The notes under the pieces are model-generated. The model saw only the letters and a list, made by a program, of their open reading frames with translations, ran no database searches and was not told where the DNA came from. This document shows, piece by piece, positions 1 to 11,349 of a stretch of DNA of 20,000 nucleotides (position 1 is its first letter; every line of letters starts with the position of its first letter). The position numbers and the translations under genes are program-made. Source of the stretch: Lama guanicoe. Lineage: Eukaryota. The stretch lies in contig MU054001.1 of the NCBI GenBank assembly GCA_013239625.1, positions 5,173,767 to 5,193,766 of the forward strand. The letters are read 5' to 3'.

Positions 1-109
1 TGGAGATGAGTTAATGAATCGCACTGTTACTTTAATAAAAGTGTTCTAGTTTTAGAGGTAAGAGGTATTGGATTGGGGCTCTGCTATTCTACCCTTGCCC
101 TGCTCTGCT

Positions 110-540
110 CTATATTACAGGGCAGGGTGACCGAGGTTCCCATGTCAGCTGACCTCCCTTGGGGGCTCAGCAAAGGTAGCACTGTTAGGGAGTCAGATGA
201 TTGGAAGAAGAGAAAAGCCAAGCTATCTCCTTTCCACTGCCTCCAGCAACATCCCTGCTAAGGGCTGTGTCTCCTTGGAGGTTCTGGCTCTCACTGGATG
301 GTCCACCACATTTCCAGCTTCTGCAGAGTCACCTGAGATGCAGGGTCCAGGAACCCCTCCTCCTCCCATTGTCCTTCCAGCCTTGTGGTGGTAGTAGCGT
401 CTTGCTATTGTTAATCTTTGGCTAGCCTGCCATCCTTTGCCTGGTGTCTCTGTCCTTCCGTCCCTTAAATAAGCCAATTAAGTTCCCTCTGATACATCCG
501 AGTGGTTTCTTTTTTCTTTCTTGGATTCTGATTGATAAAT
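110..540 (+). mobile_element. ERVL solo LTR, LTR33-like (degraded)
   Basis: 3' portion (ccttccagcc..ggtggtagtagc..ttgctattgttaatct..attaagttccctctg..gagtggtttct..ctgattgata) resembles the recalled LTR33-family 3' end; 5' boundary uncertain. Confidence 0.65.
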
Positions 541-2084
541 TCCCTCAATGATCAATTTCTGAGATGTTCTGCCACTGGAAATATCTTCCATAGAGGGCAG
601 AGTGTTTCAGGTAGTGTAAAGGATAACTTCAAGGAGGGGGTTCTATAACAATCTAAAGGCAGGTGATATTAATACCAGCCAGGAGTATCAGTTGTGACAT
701 TTAACTTGGCTATTAAAGAATGAGGGAGCTTGAGGAGATAAGAGCATTGTGGATGGGGAATCTGTGTAAACAAAGGCATTATCAACAAGAACCCTGGCCT
801 TATTGTAAATAATGTGTCGGTAATAAAAGAGAAAATGGATGAAAATTGTCCAACACTGCGCAAGGTGCATCCGAAGGTGGAGATGTACAGGGAATGTGGG
901 GGAAATTATAGACAGTGGATGTGTCTAGCATGTAAGGTTGGAGGGTGCTGGAAGGGGTAAACCAAGAAGGGCATATTAGGGTCTGACAAAATATCAGCTT
1001 AAAAGTTTGGCTTCATCTTAAGGAAATCTGAGTCACCATCGATGCCTTCTCAATGCGTGGCACTTGTAAGGTTGAATAAATGAGGAAGCACTGATGATTT
1101 CAGTTCAGGGGGGACTATCAACAGAGCATGCTCCGCAGAGTTCACTTAGCAAAAATTTGTAGACCAGCTTGGGGTTGGGGGAGAGCAGGAGGGAGAAGGA
1201 AGGACTAATTAGAAAGCTATTGCAATCAATCAAGGGCTTGAGAAAGACAAGAAGGACTCAGGTTGGTTAAATATCAAAAAATTGGCATTGCAGATCTCAG
1301 ATGTGGAGACTGATGGAAAGGCTGGCCTAAAGGTGCCTCAGGGGCCTGGCACCCAAGATATCAGGGGCTAGATATGCCACTGTGACATACCCATGAGGAT
1401 TAAGCAGAGATCCAAGGGGGGCAGAAATGGAGATGGGGGAGATGCCTATTTAGGGTGACAATTATTTAATACCCACTCTTGGATCTTCTGGCCTTTTCTC
1501 TCCTGTTATTGTAAAGGCATTCATTTTTCTTCAAACCCAGTAAATTATTCTCTGTCAGCACGCTGAGGGGGACGGGATGAAGAAAAGATCTTAGTTTGCT
1601 CTTGGCTTTTCCTCTGTCTCGTCCAAACACTGGAAATGTCAAGTTTGCTCACTAATTAAACATGTCTGTCTTGGACTGCACTTGTATCTTTCGCTGAGAA
1701 GGTGTAGATTTCCAGGGAGACATTACACATTCATGTTTCCAAATACAGCATTTTGAAATCTCCCTGTGTGACACAAATACCATCTTTGAGAAAGTGTCTC
1801 CTGATAGGAAAGACACCTTTACAAGGCAGCCCATGTTTGGGAGAGAGCCAGGATGTGCTCAGTCCATGCCCTTTAATTTATTTTCTGGGAGAATTTTTCT
1901 GGGAGCCTCCGTAGGGCCAGTCTTGGGCCTTTCTGGATGTCCATGAATCCTACTACCCAGCTGGTGCCTCCCAGGACTCAGCCATGGAAAATCTTATCCC
2001 CTGGTCAGGTTGCAACTGTCCCTGTCACCGTCCCTGGTGTCTGGCCAGGAACTGACAGTTTGCAATTTTATCTTTGGGCATGAT

Positions 2085-2165
2085 TTTGCAAAGACTTACT
2101 AGAGTCTTATGTGGAAAGTATTATTATCACCAACATCCCACAAATGAAGAAATGGAGCTTGCAGT
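2085..2165 (-). mobile_element. MIR SINE core fragment
   Basis: tattattatcacc..cccacaaatgaagaaatggagct resembles the antisense MIR core (tattatccccattttacagatgaggaaactgaggc). Confidence 0.5.
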
Positions 2166-2187
2166 CTTGAAATCCTCATAGGATGAG

Positions 2188-2320
2188 ATTCATTGATTAT
2201 ATGTTTTCTAGGTACTAACTGTAGACCAGGCACTGTACTAGGGGCTGCAAATACAGCTGTAAACATGACTGACATGGTCCCTGCCCATATGGGGCATTAG
2301 TCTGGTGGAAAGCAAGTCAG
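2188..2320 (-). mobile_element. L2 LINE 3' end
   Basis: attcattgatt..ccaggcactgtactaggggctgcaaatacagctgtaaacatgactgacatggtccctgccc matches the antisense L2 terminus. Confidence 0.8.
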
Positions 2321-2322
2321 TA

Positions 2323-2420
2323 ATGGGGAAACTGGGGAATCAGAGAGGGTCAGTCTCTTGCCAAGGACAGGTTACTACTGGTTAAGTGGCTGGGCCAGGC
2401 CTCCCCAACTTCAAATCTTA
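2323..2420 (-). mobile_element. MIR SINE fragment
   Basis: atggggaaactgggg..cagagagggtcagtctcttgccaagg..aagtggc resembles antisense MIR core and the adjacent segment. Confidence 0.6.
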
Positions 2421-2729
2421 GGTCCATCTTCTTGGACAATAAAACATAGACCTTAGAAATGGGAAGGAGGTGTGGATGTCATCTGAATCCTGTGGAAGTT
2501 AAAGGAAAAAGAGAGCTGGAGGGAAAATGGCCTGAATCTTACACATGTGAAGATGTTTCTGTTACACTGTCCAGAGTGCCTGGTGGGGCTGAGTTACCAC
2601 GTAGCAAGGCTGGAAAAAAGCAGTAAGGCTGTAGGAAGACAGAGTTTTCAACCAACTTTCCTAGACTAGTTTTAAGTCTCAGAATCTCAACTTACCCAGC
2701 TGAACGTGATTATTTTGACTCGTCACTAG

Positions 2730-3362
2730 ATCCTGAGTTCCCAGTTGGGATTCCATGGATCAATAATATTTTTTAATGTGTGTGTAGTGGGGGTGGGGGT
2801 TCAAGTTAGGACATCAAATATATGTTTATATAAGACCCTGCTGTCTAGTATTACCAGCCCTTGTTAAAAAAAAGACATTTCCATGTGAAGTAAAGAAAGA
2901 AGAAATAATCTAATTTATATGAATATGAAAGCTAAGACAACTTTTTTTTTAAATTGAATATAGTCAGTTTACAATGTTGCATTAATTTCTGGTGTCCAGC
3001 ATAATGTGTCAGTCATACATATACATACATATATTCCTTTTCATATTCTTTTTCATTATAGGTTACTACAAGATATTGAATATAGTTCCCTGTGCTATAT
3101 AGTAGAAATTCATTGTTTATTTTACATGTAGTGCTTGGTATTTGCAAATCTCGAACTCCCAATTTATCCCTTCCCACCCCCTTTCCCCTCTGGTAACCAT
3201 AAGTTTATAAAACAACTTTTTAAATTGAATTATTTTAGCTGTTAAAAAAGAAACTTCACTTTGTTGTCATTTTTCTCTCCTTTGTCTATGGACTTTGGTG
3301 AAAACCGCACTGTGGAACATCCCCATTTTTGGACCCAGCCCAGTAGTTGGGAAAATGGTCTC
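2730..3362. mobile_element. Possible old hAT (Charlie/MER-like) DNA transposon remnant, interrupted by an L1
   Basis: AT-rich interior; ends loosely resemble hAT termini (gttcccagttggg..ccatgga / ggaccc..gttgggaaaatgg); family not identified. Confidence 0.3.
2942..3207 (-). mobile_element. 5'-truncated LINE-1 (3' UTR only), artiodactyl/camelid type
   Basis: T9 tail then attgaatatagtcagtttacaatgttg..gttccctgtgctata..tatcccttcccaccc..ggtaaccataagttt; TSD taagacaacttttt (2933-2946) / taaaacaacttttt (3208-3221), 13/14; target reads TTTT/AA. Confidence 0.9.
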
Positions 3363-4734
3363 TAAGCCCCTGTCAGTTGTTCTCCACCTGAGGCGGCCCT
3401 GGGACAGACAGGGGTCTGCAGCTATTCCTCTTGGAAGTGGCTACTTCCCGGCTGCCGTCCAGTCTCAGGCATGCGTCTGGAGGTCTCTGTTTGGTCTGCC
3501 ATCACTGACATGGCAGCATCCTGCCAAAGCAGCTCCCTCCGAGTCCTGCCATATGGGGGCTGCACTGCCACTGCGTCTGGCAGCTCTTCTGCTCATAACG
3601 TCGGTCCCCACTGATAGACCCATCCCTGTCATACTATTGACTGACACTAGGCTGCCTAATTAAAAGTAAGAGCTTTTGCATCAGCTTCAACTGTGGCTTT
3701 ATAAATTCCAAGCACTGTGAGGGGACCAGACAGAAGAATGGTCATGAAGGCCAGAGCTCCTGCCCTTTCAAAGGACTCCTTAGTTGTGGAGGCATCTGCT
3801 TTCCTTGGAGGTGAGGATGGTACTTCCACTGTCAGCTCACCATGAACACGGGGAGAGTCCACCTCAGCACAAACAATTTGCTTTCCTGGCTAATTTACAT
3901 CAGAATGCCAATGGTTCAGATATGCACATTTCGATGGAAGTGGAGCCAACATGAGGGAAGGGGACTGCAGACATGGCAGGTGTCCTGTGAGGGGGACTTG
4001 GGCTGGGACAAGGCTCTAGGGGACCAAGCAGTTTCCCGAAGGCCATTAGGAAAAGCCCCAGGAGGGTAGACAACATTTGCTGGCCCAGCTCTCGGCCTGG
4101 CTCTGGGGCTTCATGCCAGGGGAGCTCCCACTGGCTTCTCTAGATTACTTGCCTCCTTTCCCTACTCTGCTCCGTGTCTCAGAGGCTAACCTGGAGGAAT
4201 CATATCTTCAGTTTCTCCTGCTTTCATATTAAGTTTGGACAATGAGGGCAGCTGGTGGAGAAGGGAGTGTAGAAGGATAAAGAAGTTGGGGTACTCATTC
4301 GCCGGTTTTCTCCCCGCCAGGTGCCGTGGGCTGGCTGTGCAAATCACACGGCTCTCGCCAGGTGGTTCTTTCCCCACATTCCTCTCTCCAGCTTGGGATG
4401 CGGCCCCTCCTCCTTCTCCTTCAGGCCAGGGCAGATGATGGCTCCCGCTGAGGCTAGCCTTACAGACTGTGCCATCTTGTATTGTTTCCCTAAATCTTGT
4501 AAACTAGTCCTTTTATTAACACTCCTCAAATGACCCAGTCCGACTGAGCCCGTTCTTGACTGTCAGAACCCTGACTGACTCAGGGGGCTTTAGAAATGGC
4601 AGAAATGAATCAAATGCTTTCCCTGATCTCTGGGAGTCTACAATGGAATTGGAGATATGAGCAGCAAATAGAAAGGAAACAGACATGTCTATTCGACATC
4701 TGCAAGGCATTTATCTGATCAGAGAAAGGGGACA

Positions 4735-4900
4735 GGATGGGTGAGAGCATCAGAGGAGGCTTCTGGGAGAAGGCAGTGGCTGGAATGGGACTTGAAGTGT
4801 AGTCGGCATTTAGGGAAGTGGGAAGAGGGCGGAGGCATGCTGGTGGGAGAACAGCCTGAGAACAAGGGTCAGAAATGCCCTGGTGTGTGATTCCAAATCT
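4735..4900 (-). mobile_element. L2 LINE internal fragment
   Basis: atcagaggaggcttctgggagaagg..gggacttgaag..ggagaacagcctgagaacaaggg resembles antisense L2. Confidence 0.6.
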
Positions 4901-5099
4901 GAACATCAGTGTCTGCTTGGAAATGAAGTCGGGGAGGAGGAAAGGAAATGTGGGAAGAAGTGGAGGATGCACCATCAGTCTGAGACGTGTCAGAATTGAG
5001 AGAACCGAGGTCTGCTCCAGTCCCTTCCTCCCTCATCTGCCTTATATGGAGGTGCTGGTTCCTCAGGCTGACTGCCGTCTCAAGGCCGTGACTCTTGAT

Positions 5100-5177
5100 C
5101 TTCCCTTGGAAGGGCTGGCAGGCTTGTTCTCATCACTGGGCCCTCAGATCAAATATACTACTTCTTGGGAAGCCGTC
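5100..5177 (+). mobile_element. L2 fragment, split by the MLT1F LTR; resumes at ~5687
   Basis: ccctcagatcaaatatactacttcttgggaagcc [LTR] ttccctgac reconstitutes the L2 motif tctcagctcaaatgtcacctcctcagggaagccttccctgac. Confidence 0.6.
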
Positions 5178-5686
5178 TTTGATACCCAGCCTCCAAGATT
5201 TTCTCCAATGATACCCTCCACTCGGTATTTAAAGTCCTGTGTAGTCTCTCCCCATGAATGGGGGTTGGACTTAGTGACTTGCATCTAAAGAATAGAATAA
5301 GGTGGGAGTGTGTGTGTGTGTATTTCAGAGACTAGATCATAAAAGGCAGTGTGGCTCCCCCCCCTTCTCTCAGATCTCTTGCTCTGGGGGAATCCAGATG
5401 CCATGCTGTGAGGCGAGTCCAGCTGCCCTACAGAGAGACCTACACAGCAGGAGCTGGAGCTTCCAGCCAGTTGCATAAGTGGACTCTGGAGCGAATTCCC
5501 CAGCTTCAGTCAAGCCTCAGATGACTGCAGACCCAGCTGACAACTTGACTGCAGCCTGGGAGAGATCTTGAACCAGAATCACCTCAGATAATCCACTTCC
5601 AGATTCCTGACCCATAGAAATTGAGAAAAGAAAAGTTTTTGGTTTTAAACTGCTACTTTGTTAAGCAGAAATAGATGGCCAATACA
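5178..5686 (+). mobile_element. ERVL-MaLR solo LTR, MLT1F-like, near full length
   Basis: Starts ..ccagcctccaagat; contains gctctggggga..gccatg and cagtcaagcctcagatgactgcag..gacccatagaaa; ends aatagat..aataca; tctt on both sides. Confidence 0.88.
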
Positions 5687-5754
5687 TCTTCCCTGACAAC
5701 AGACCTTAAATCCACGCCTCCCTCTCCACACAGCACTTCATGTAACATCCCAAG

Positions 5755-6254
5755 CGTTAGAAGGTCCTGTCTGCTCTGGTGCTGACTATCTCTGAGCTCC
5801 CACTCCACCCCTCACTGTTCCAGCCACACAGCCTTTCTTGCCATTCCTTGAATGAGATGGGCATGCATCCGTTTCAGCATCGTTGTGCCTGCTGTTATTT
5901 CTTTCTAGAACATTCTTTCACACTTACGTGCATGGCTTGCTTGCTCCCCTCCTCCAGGTCTTGGCTCATAAGTCAGTTTCTGCACGAGCCCTTCCCTGAC
6001 CACCCTATTTCAAACTACAACCACGTCCCCCAAGCCCACCCTAGCCTCTCCCCTGATTTGCTTTTCTCCATAGTATGTAGCAATACTCAATACAGTGCAT
6101 ATTTTATTATTTATCCTGTCTATTGGTGTCTTTCCTCATTAAAATAAAAGCTCCAAGAGGTCAAGGATTTCAGTCTGTTTGCTCATGGTTATATAATCAG
6201 CATGAGACTAGGGCCTGGTGTGTTGTGAGTGCTTCGTATTTGCCGGATGAATGG
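5755..6254 (+). mobile_element. L2 (L2a-like) 3' portion
   Basis: ccagccacacagcctttcttg..cccttccctgaccaccctattt..aagctccaagagg..gggcctgg..tatttgccggatgaatgg, the L2 3' terminus with its (tgaa) tail. Confidence 0.85.
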
Positions 6255-6282
6255 CTGTGACGTTATTTTTGCTATGAAAGCC

Positions 6283-6905
6283 TGTGCCAGGAAGGATTTT
6301 TGACTCCCATGACTATTGTCCCCTGATTTCATGCTTATGTGTATGTTAGCTATACGGCAAAGGAAACTTGCAAATATAGGGAGTTGATCTTAAAACAGGA
6401 AGATTATCTTGGATTCTCCAAGTGGACACAATATAATCATATGAGCCCTTAAAAAGCAGAGGATAGGAACAGAAGAGAAAGTCGGACAGATTCAAAGCAC
6501 AAGAAGCAGCCTGAGTAAAAGAATGCGGGCAGCCTTGAGAAGCTGAGTGCAGTCCCCAGCCAGCAGCAAGGACACAGGAACTTCAGTCCTACAACCATAA
6601 GAAATGGGATTATGGCAACAACCTGAGTGAACTTGCCAGAAGATTCTTCCCAGAGCCTCTTATTTCAATTTTTTTTTGGTGGGAAGATAATTAAGTTCAT
6701 TTATTTATTTTAATGGAAATACTGGGGATCGAGCCCAGGACCTTGTGCATTCTAGGCATACATTCTACCACTGAGCTATATTCTCCCACCTCCTTCCCTG
6801 AGCCTCCTGATAAGAACCCAGCTGACTGACACATTGTGAGACACTCCCTGGACTTCTGACCTGTGGGAATAATGGAAAATTAATGTGGAGTCCTTTTAAT
6901 GGTTG
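6283..6905 (+). mobile_element. ERVL-MaLR solo LTR, MLT1E-like, interrupted by a SINE
   Basis: aagattatcttggatt..atatgagcccttaaaa..cttcagtcctacaacc..caacaacctgagtgaacttg..cctggacttctgacct are MLT1D/E hallmarks. Confidence 0.82.
6662..6790 (-). mobile_element. tRNA-derived SINE, camelid Vic-1 type
   Basis: Minus strand GGGAGAATATAGCTCAGTGGTAGAA..GGTCCTGGGCTCGATCCCCAGTA (Pol III A and B boxes), A-rich tail; degraded TSD 6644-6661 / 6791-6808 (15/18). Confidence 0.88.
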
Positions 6906-6929
6906 GATCTTATGTTCCTAATGTGTCTA

Positions 6930-7027
6930 GAGTGAGCTCAGGGCTACTGTCTGTCTTGTAGCCTCTGTGCTTACAGTAGTGCTTGCACAGAGTTTAATGC
7001 ATATTTGCTGCATGAATGGATCAATGG
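6930..7027 (+). mobile_element. L2 3' end fragment
   Basis: gtgagctc..gtctgtcttg..agtgcttgcacagagtttaatgcatatttgctgcatgaatgga. Confidence 0.65.
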
Positions 7028-7294
7028 ACTCCCATCTTGCTGTGGTGGGGTTATCTTTGGCTTATCTAGGGCTCACCATGAGACTCTTGGGAGCCAGGCC
7101 AGTAGCATTCAGCTCCATGGCCTCAGTGCCCTGCTCAGACCTGCCATGGAGGGGGCAGCAGAGACTTTTGGCGAATCAGTGGGGGACCAAGCCAGAAGTA
7201 AAGCACCCATGTTCCTGGCAGAAGACCCTGGTATTATGTGCAAAATTCATATTCTCCCACCATCTAGAAACCAGAGTCTGGCCATACTGGCCAG

Positions 7295-7521
7295 AGTTTC
7301 AGAGGCAGGCTTTGGCGTCAGATCAAAACACAGCTGAGCTTTTGAAACTATCTCTGTGATCTAGGGAGAAGACTTCACTTCTCTGGGCTTCAGTTTCCTC
7401 ACCTATCAAATGGTAAGGATAATAATGTCCACCTGCTAGGGCTTCTTTGTGAAGATTAATGATGCTGTGCAAAGAGAGGACTCTGCATGCAGAAGGTGCT
7501 CAATAAACAGTGGTTATTATT
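7295..7521 (+). mobile_element. MIR SINE, near full length
   Basis: gcaggctttggcgtcaga..acttcacttctctgggcttcagtttcctcacctatcaaatgg..gataataat..gtgctcaataaa..gttattatt. Confidence 0.88.
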
Positions 7522-8414
7522 TTGCTTTATGTTGATTAGTGCAGTTGGGTGTTTTCTGGTGAAAACTTCAAATGAGTTTTCAAAGAGAATTACACTGAGG
7601 TGAGTGATAAAGCTGATCAAGGATATCTTCCTTGGCTTCAGCAATGGACTTTCCCAGTCCCACCTCAGTCCCTGCTTCCTCATTCACACCAAAGGGGTTG
7701 GTTGGCTGTGGCTTCAGTCATTTGGGGACTAACTTACACCAAGAAAATACAGCTGCTATTAATGGAAACATAACAGCTACCAGACACCTGGCAAAACTGA
7801 CATAGGTCAGTTGATCCATTTTGAAATGATAGAATGAAATATGTAGATGATGTTCTCAAATGCACACGTCTACATCACACAAACACACTTTTATACTTCC
7901 CCCACCACACACGCCTCACTGAAAAGGTTAAAGACTCTTAAACTACCATGGGAAATGATCCGAAATATTGCACAGGGATTTCGAGGCAAGAAATACAAGG
8001 AGACATAATGCACCGTAAATTAAAGTCATTTATAAAGAGCAGCTGGTACCCGGATAGAAAGGAAAAATGATTAGTCAGCAGAAGTGGGGTGTCTTGTTAT
8101 TTATTTACAGACTATTTCCACAGGACAAAAGAGAATGTATTTATTAAGGGCTTGCTGGCATACAAATACAAACATATGAATGTCAGGCACTGAGGATACC
8201 CAGCTAAATTATTTTCCTCTAACTACTTTTGTTTGTTGGTTGCTTTTAGATGGCTGGCCCTGCCCAGCTCCATGGATATCCAGCACGGGAAAGGTTATTC
8301 CCATAGGTCAGCACAGCCTCCCTGCCTGCACAGCACTGCTGCGGGCAGCAGTGGTGATGTGGTACCCATGTTCTGGATTTTTCTGCCCTGCCTCTGCAAG
8401 TGAGCATGGCTTTT

Positions 8415-8556
8415 AACTTACGTATTTATTTACTTTTTTTAGGGGGGTAGGTAACTAGATTTACTTATTTGTTTTTGGAGGAAGTACTGGGGATTGAACC
8501 CAGGACCTTGTGTACGCTAAGCATGCGCTCTACTATTTAAGCTATACCCTCCCCCC
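8415..8556 (-). mobile_element. tRNA-derived SINE, camelid Vic-1 type
   Basis: Minus strand GGGGGGAGGGTATAGCTTAAATAGTAGAGCGCATGCTTAGCGTACACAAGGTCCTGGGTTCAATCCCCAGTAC; TSD tgagcatggctttt (8401-8414) / tgagcacggctttt (8557-8570), differing by one CpG transition. Confidence 0.92.
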
Positions 8557-8864
8557 TGAGCACGGCTTTTGGTTTTTGAGGGGAACCACCTCTGGCCCAA
8601 GGAGCAATGGGTTTGGTGCACTCTCTACCTCCTGCTTTCAAAAGAAGTATGTGTTACCCATTTATCAACAGGGGTCTGTTGTGATGCCGATGGAAACAAT
8701 GGATAAATCTGGGAGAAAAATAAACAGAGAAGCCAGAGAAGAGGGTGGGTTATATATTGGAAAAGACAGAGTCGCTGGTGGAAAAAAATTGAATGGTGTT
8801 GATGGGGAGAGGGGAAGGGAGGAAGAAACAGGAATCTGGACCACCCAGACTTGAGAGACTAAAA

Positions 8865-8950
8865 TGAGATCATGTGTGCAGAACACTGAGCACCATGTTT
8901 GGCATCTGGGAAATGCTCAAGCATTGATCAGCGACGACGATGATGATTAT
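8865..8950 (+). mobile_element. MIR 3' end fragment
   Basis: aacactgagcaccatgtttggcatctgggaaatgctcaa..gatgatgattat. Confidence 0.5.
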
Positions 8951-9931
8951 ATAGTGGAAAATATTAACAATGAGAACCCATACCTTTTAATAACCCTTCT
9001 GTTATCTAAGCAGCTTTCCTGTATTTTAGAAGCACACAGAATGTTTTCTGTCATAAAGATCATGCTTTCTAAAGCAATCCTACCAGTTCAAAACTTGGAA
9101 CCCAACTGAGACCCCATGGGGACGGTTACATAAAACAAATCCAAAACCAACACCAGCTACTGATATTTAAAGAAGGGGGCATTTCCTTAGATCAAGGAAA
9201 AATAGAAAAGTTACATGACGCTACTTGATGTGAGGTAGTTTAAGAATTTGATTAGTCTATTTTCTACCCTAAGATAAGAAGATAATGATTGCACACCAAT
9301 GCAAAGTTCAGTTACTTTTGAACCCTGCAGTGTATGACAAAGTGAATACCTTGGGAAATATCTGAGCAGAAGTACAGAAGCTTAGCATTCGAGAGACAAA
9401 CTTCAGCCTTGAAGAAACAGCAACAAAGGGAAAAAATGACTCACTTGAATTGGTTAAAGGTAGGACTAGACACTAGACTCCAAGTGTAATGGACAGATCT
9501 CAGGTGTAATGAACATCTATTTCTCCTGCCAAGCCAGGTTCCTTTTCCCTTCCAGCAACATTGCCCCTAGCCTTCCTTATAGAACCACATTGCTCCCATT
9601 GTCAGTCCATGTGCTTCAAACGTATCGGGCTGCACTTCAGCCCCAGAGGAGAGCATGTGACCCATGCCTGGCCAATCAGAACACCACACACCCTGACTAC
9701 AGTAATTAGCTCTGGGAGGATCACATGACCCAACTGGAGGCAGTCAGATTCAGTCATGGGACTTTGGTTGAAGTTACTGAAAACGATCTCTCTTTCTAAA
9801 TGGATTGTCTGGTGGCCACCTGAAGAGGATCTCCTGCTTGAGAATGGACATAACACAAGGAAAACTGGAAACGAGAGAGAGTGTGAGGCCAGGTCCCAAG
9901 ACGAACATTTGAGCTCCCTGGATCCAGCAGT

Positions 9932-10271
9932 TGTCTAAGTCTGAGCTGCTAGGGCAAAATACCAGAGACTGGGTAGCTTACAGACAACAGAAATTTATCT
10001 CTCACAGTTCTGGAGGCTGGGAGTCCAAGACAAAGATGCTGGCAGATTCAGTGTCTAGCCCACTTCCCGGTTCATAGCTGGTACCTTCTTGCTGTGTCTT
10101 CACGTGATGGGAGAGGCTAGGGCTCTCTCACCACTTTTGTAAAGCACCAGTCTCTTTCATGAGCTAAGCACTTCCCAAGAGCCGTAACTCCTAATACCAT
10201 CACCTGGGGCATTAGACTCTCAACATGGGAATTTGGGAGGGAAGGGGAACGCCAACATTCAAACCATAGCA
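9932..10271 (-). mobile_element. ERVL-MaLR solo LTR, MLT1A-like, nested in MLT1K
   Basis: TG..CA ends; acaacagaaatttatctctcacagttctggaggctgggagtccaaga..ctcctaataccatcac..aacattcaaaccatagca; 5-bp TSD gcagt/ccagt. Confidence 0.9.
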
Positions 10272-10274
10272 CCA

Positions 10275-10330
10275 GTGTGTGGTGTGTGTGGTTTGTGTGT
10301 GTGTGTGTGTGTAGAAGGAGAGAGAGAGAG
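10275..10330. repeat. Compound imperfect (GT)n-(GA)n microsatellite
   Basis: Read directly: GT run 10275-10312, GA run 10318-10330. Confidence 0.95.
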
Positions 10331-10809
10331 CGCGCTCACTTATGCTAGTTTGAGTTGTGCGTAAGTGATCTGCAACCGAAAGAATCTGACAGTAACCACT
10401 CCCCACCTGCTATACCACTCTGCCTCTTTAATATTGTCGTCTGAGGCATAGTAATCACTAAGTATCTGCATGTGTCCTCAGGGAGAGTCCTCCCATGTGA
10501 CTTCAGTCCTGGTTCTTGGAGGAGATGCTACGAAGGTGCCCTGGTCCACGTGCAGACCTGGCTGCTGGGAGGAGGATGAATGATGGGGAGCAGGGCAGGG
10601 AGGGCGCAGGCAGCGAGGAGCACACCTTCCTGCAAGTCTCGTGGTGACATGCAGTGACATGGTCCCTGAGCAGTGAGAGCTCTCAGCTCAGCATCAGCTC
10701 TGCCACAGCAGACTTCCTCAGAAAAGGCACTCAGCACGAAGCAGTGTAACCATCTCTGGGGGACTGCGAGTGTCATCACAGAACAGCTGGCTGAGAAATA
10801 GAGGGAACG

Positions 10810-11000
10810 TGGCTGTGGTGCAGAGAGTAGTAAGAAATCAGAAGTTGCAACATCTGAGGTCCAGTCTGGGCTATTTTCTTATTGGAAACTCCTACAGGCC
10901 GAAATTCCCAATCTGGGAAATAGGAATAAAGGTCCCCTCCTACCTCATAGGCTGAAAGATGGTGATCAATAGTAGTGAAAGTCATTTTATGTATCATGAT
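10810..11000 (+). mobile_element. MIR SINE (degraded)
   Basis: tgtggtgcagagagtag..ttcccaatctgggaaataggaataa..cctacctcataggctg..gtgaaagt. Confidence 0.6.
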
Positions 11001-11009
11001 GTGTCAGCC

Positions 11010-11189
11010 ACAGTGTTGAGCACTTTGCCGATCCGTTTTCATCAAAATATCACAGGATCCCAAGGAAGGAAATAATATTATTACACACATTGTGTAGATG
11101 AGAAAACTGAGCACAAACATGTTAAGTGATTTTCCTGAGGGCATTTGAACCCACAGTGTGACCTGAGGCTGCACACCACTCTGTTGCCT
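11010..11189 (-). mobile_element. MIR SINE
   Basis: tattatta..gtagatgagaaaactgagcaca..gttaagtgattt..atttgaaccca..ccactctgttgcct. Confidence 0.8.
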
Positions 11190-11349
11190 AAGGCAGTCAA
11201 AGAAGACCAACACTCCTCGAAGAGGTGCACAGCGAGATCCAGGTGTTCAGAGTAAGCTGTGTGTGGACTAACTTTTTCTATTTTTCCCTTAGGTTGTATG
11301 TCATTAGCACAACAATCCTTAAAAAGCCTTAGAATCCTGGGATAACTTA

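Larger units (their letters stand above)
9505..10396 (+). mobile_element. ERVL-MaLR solo LTR, MLT1K-like, split by MLT1A and a microsatellite
   Basis: catgtgacccatgcctggccaatcaga..cacatgacccaa..catttgagctccctggatccagc; 3' end ctagtttgagttg..tgcaaccgaaagaatc at ~10345-10390. Confidence 0.8.

Noticed and set aside
690..1320. Purine-rich stretch resembling very old antisense L2
   Set aside because: Too degraded to assign or bound by eye.
8484..8556. tRNA gene-like sequence (also 6720-6790)
   Set aside because: A/B boxes belong to SINE heads with A-rich tails and TSDs; no intact cloverleaf acceptor stem.
10810..11189. Adjacent oppositely oriented MIRs as a possible dsRNA hairpin
   Set aside because: The copies are too diverged for extended pairing.
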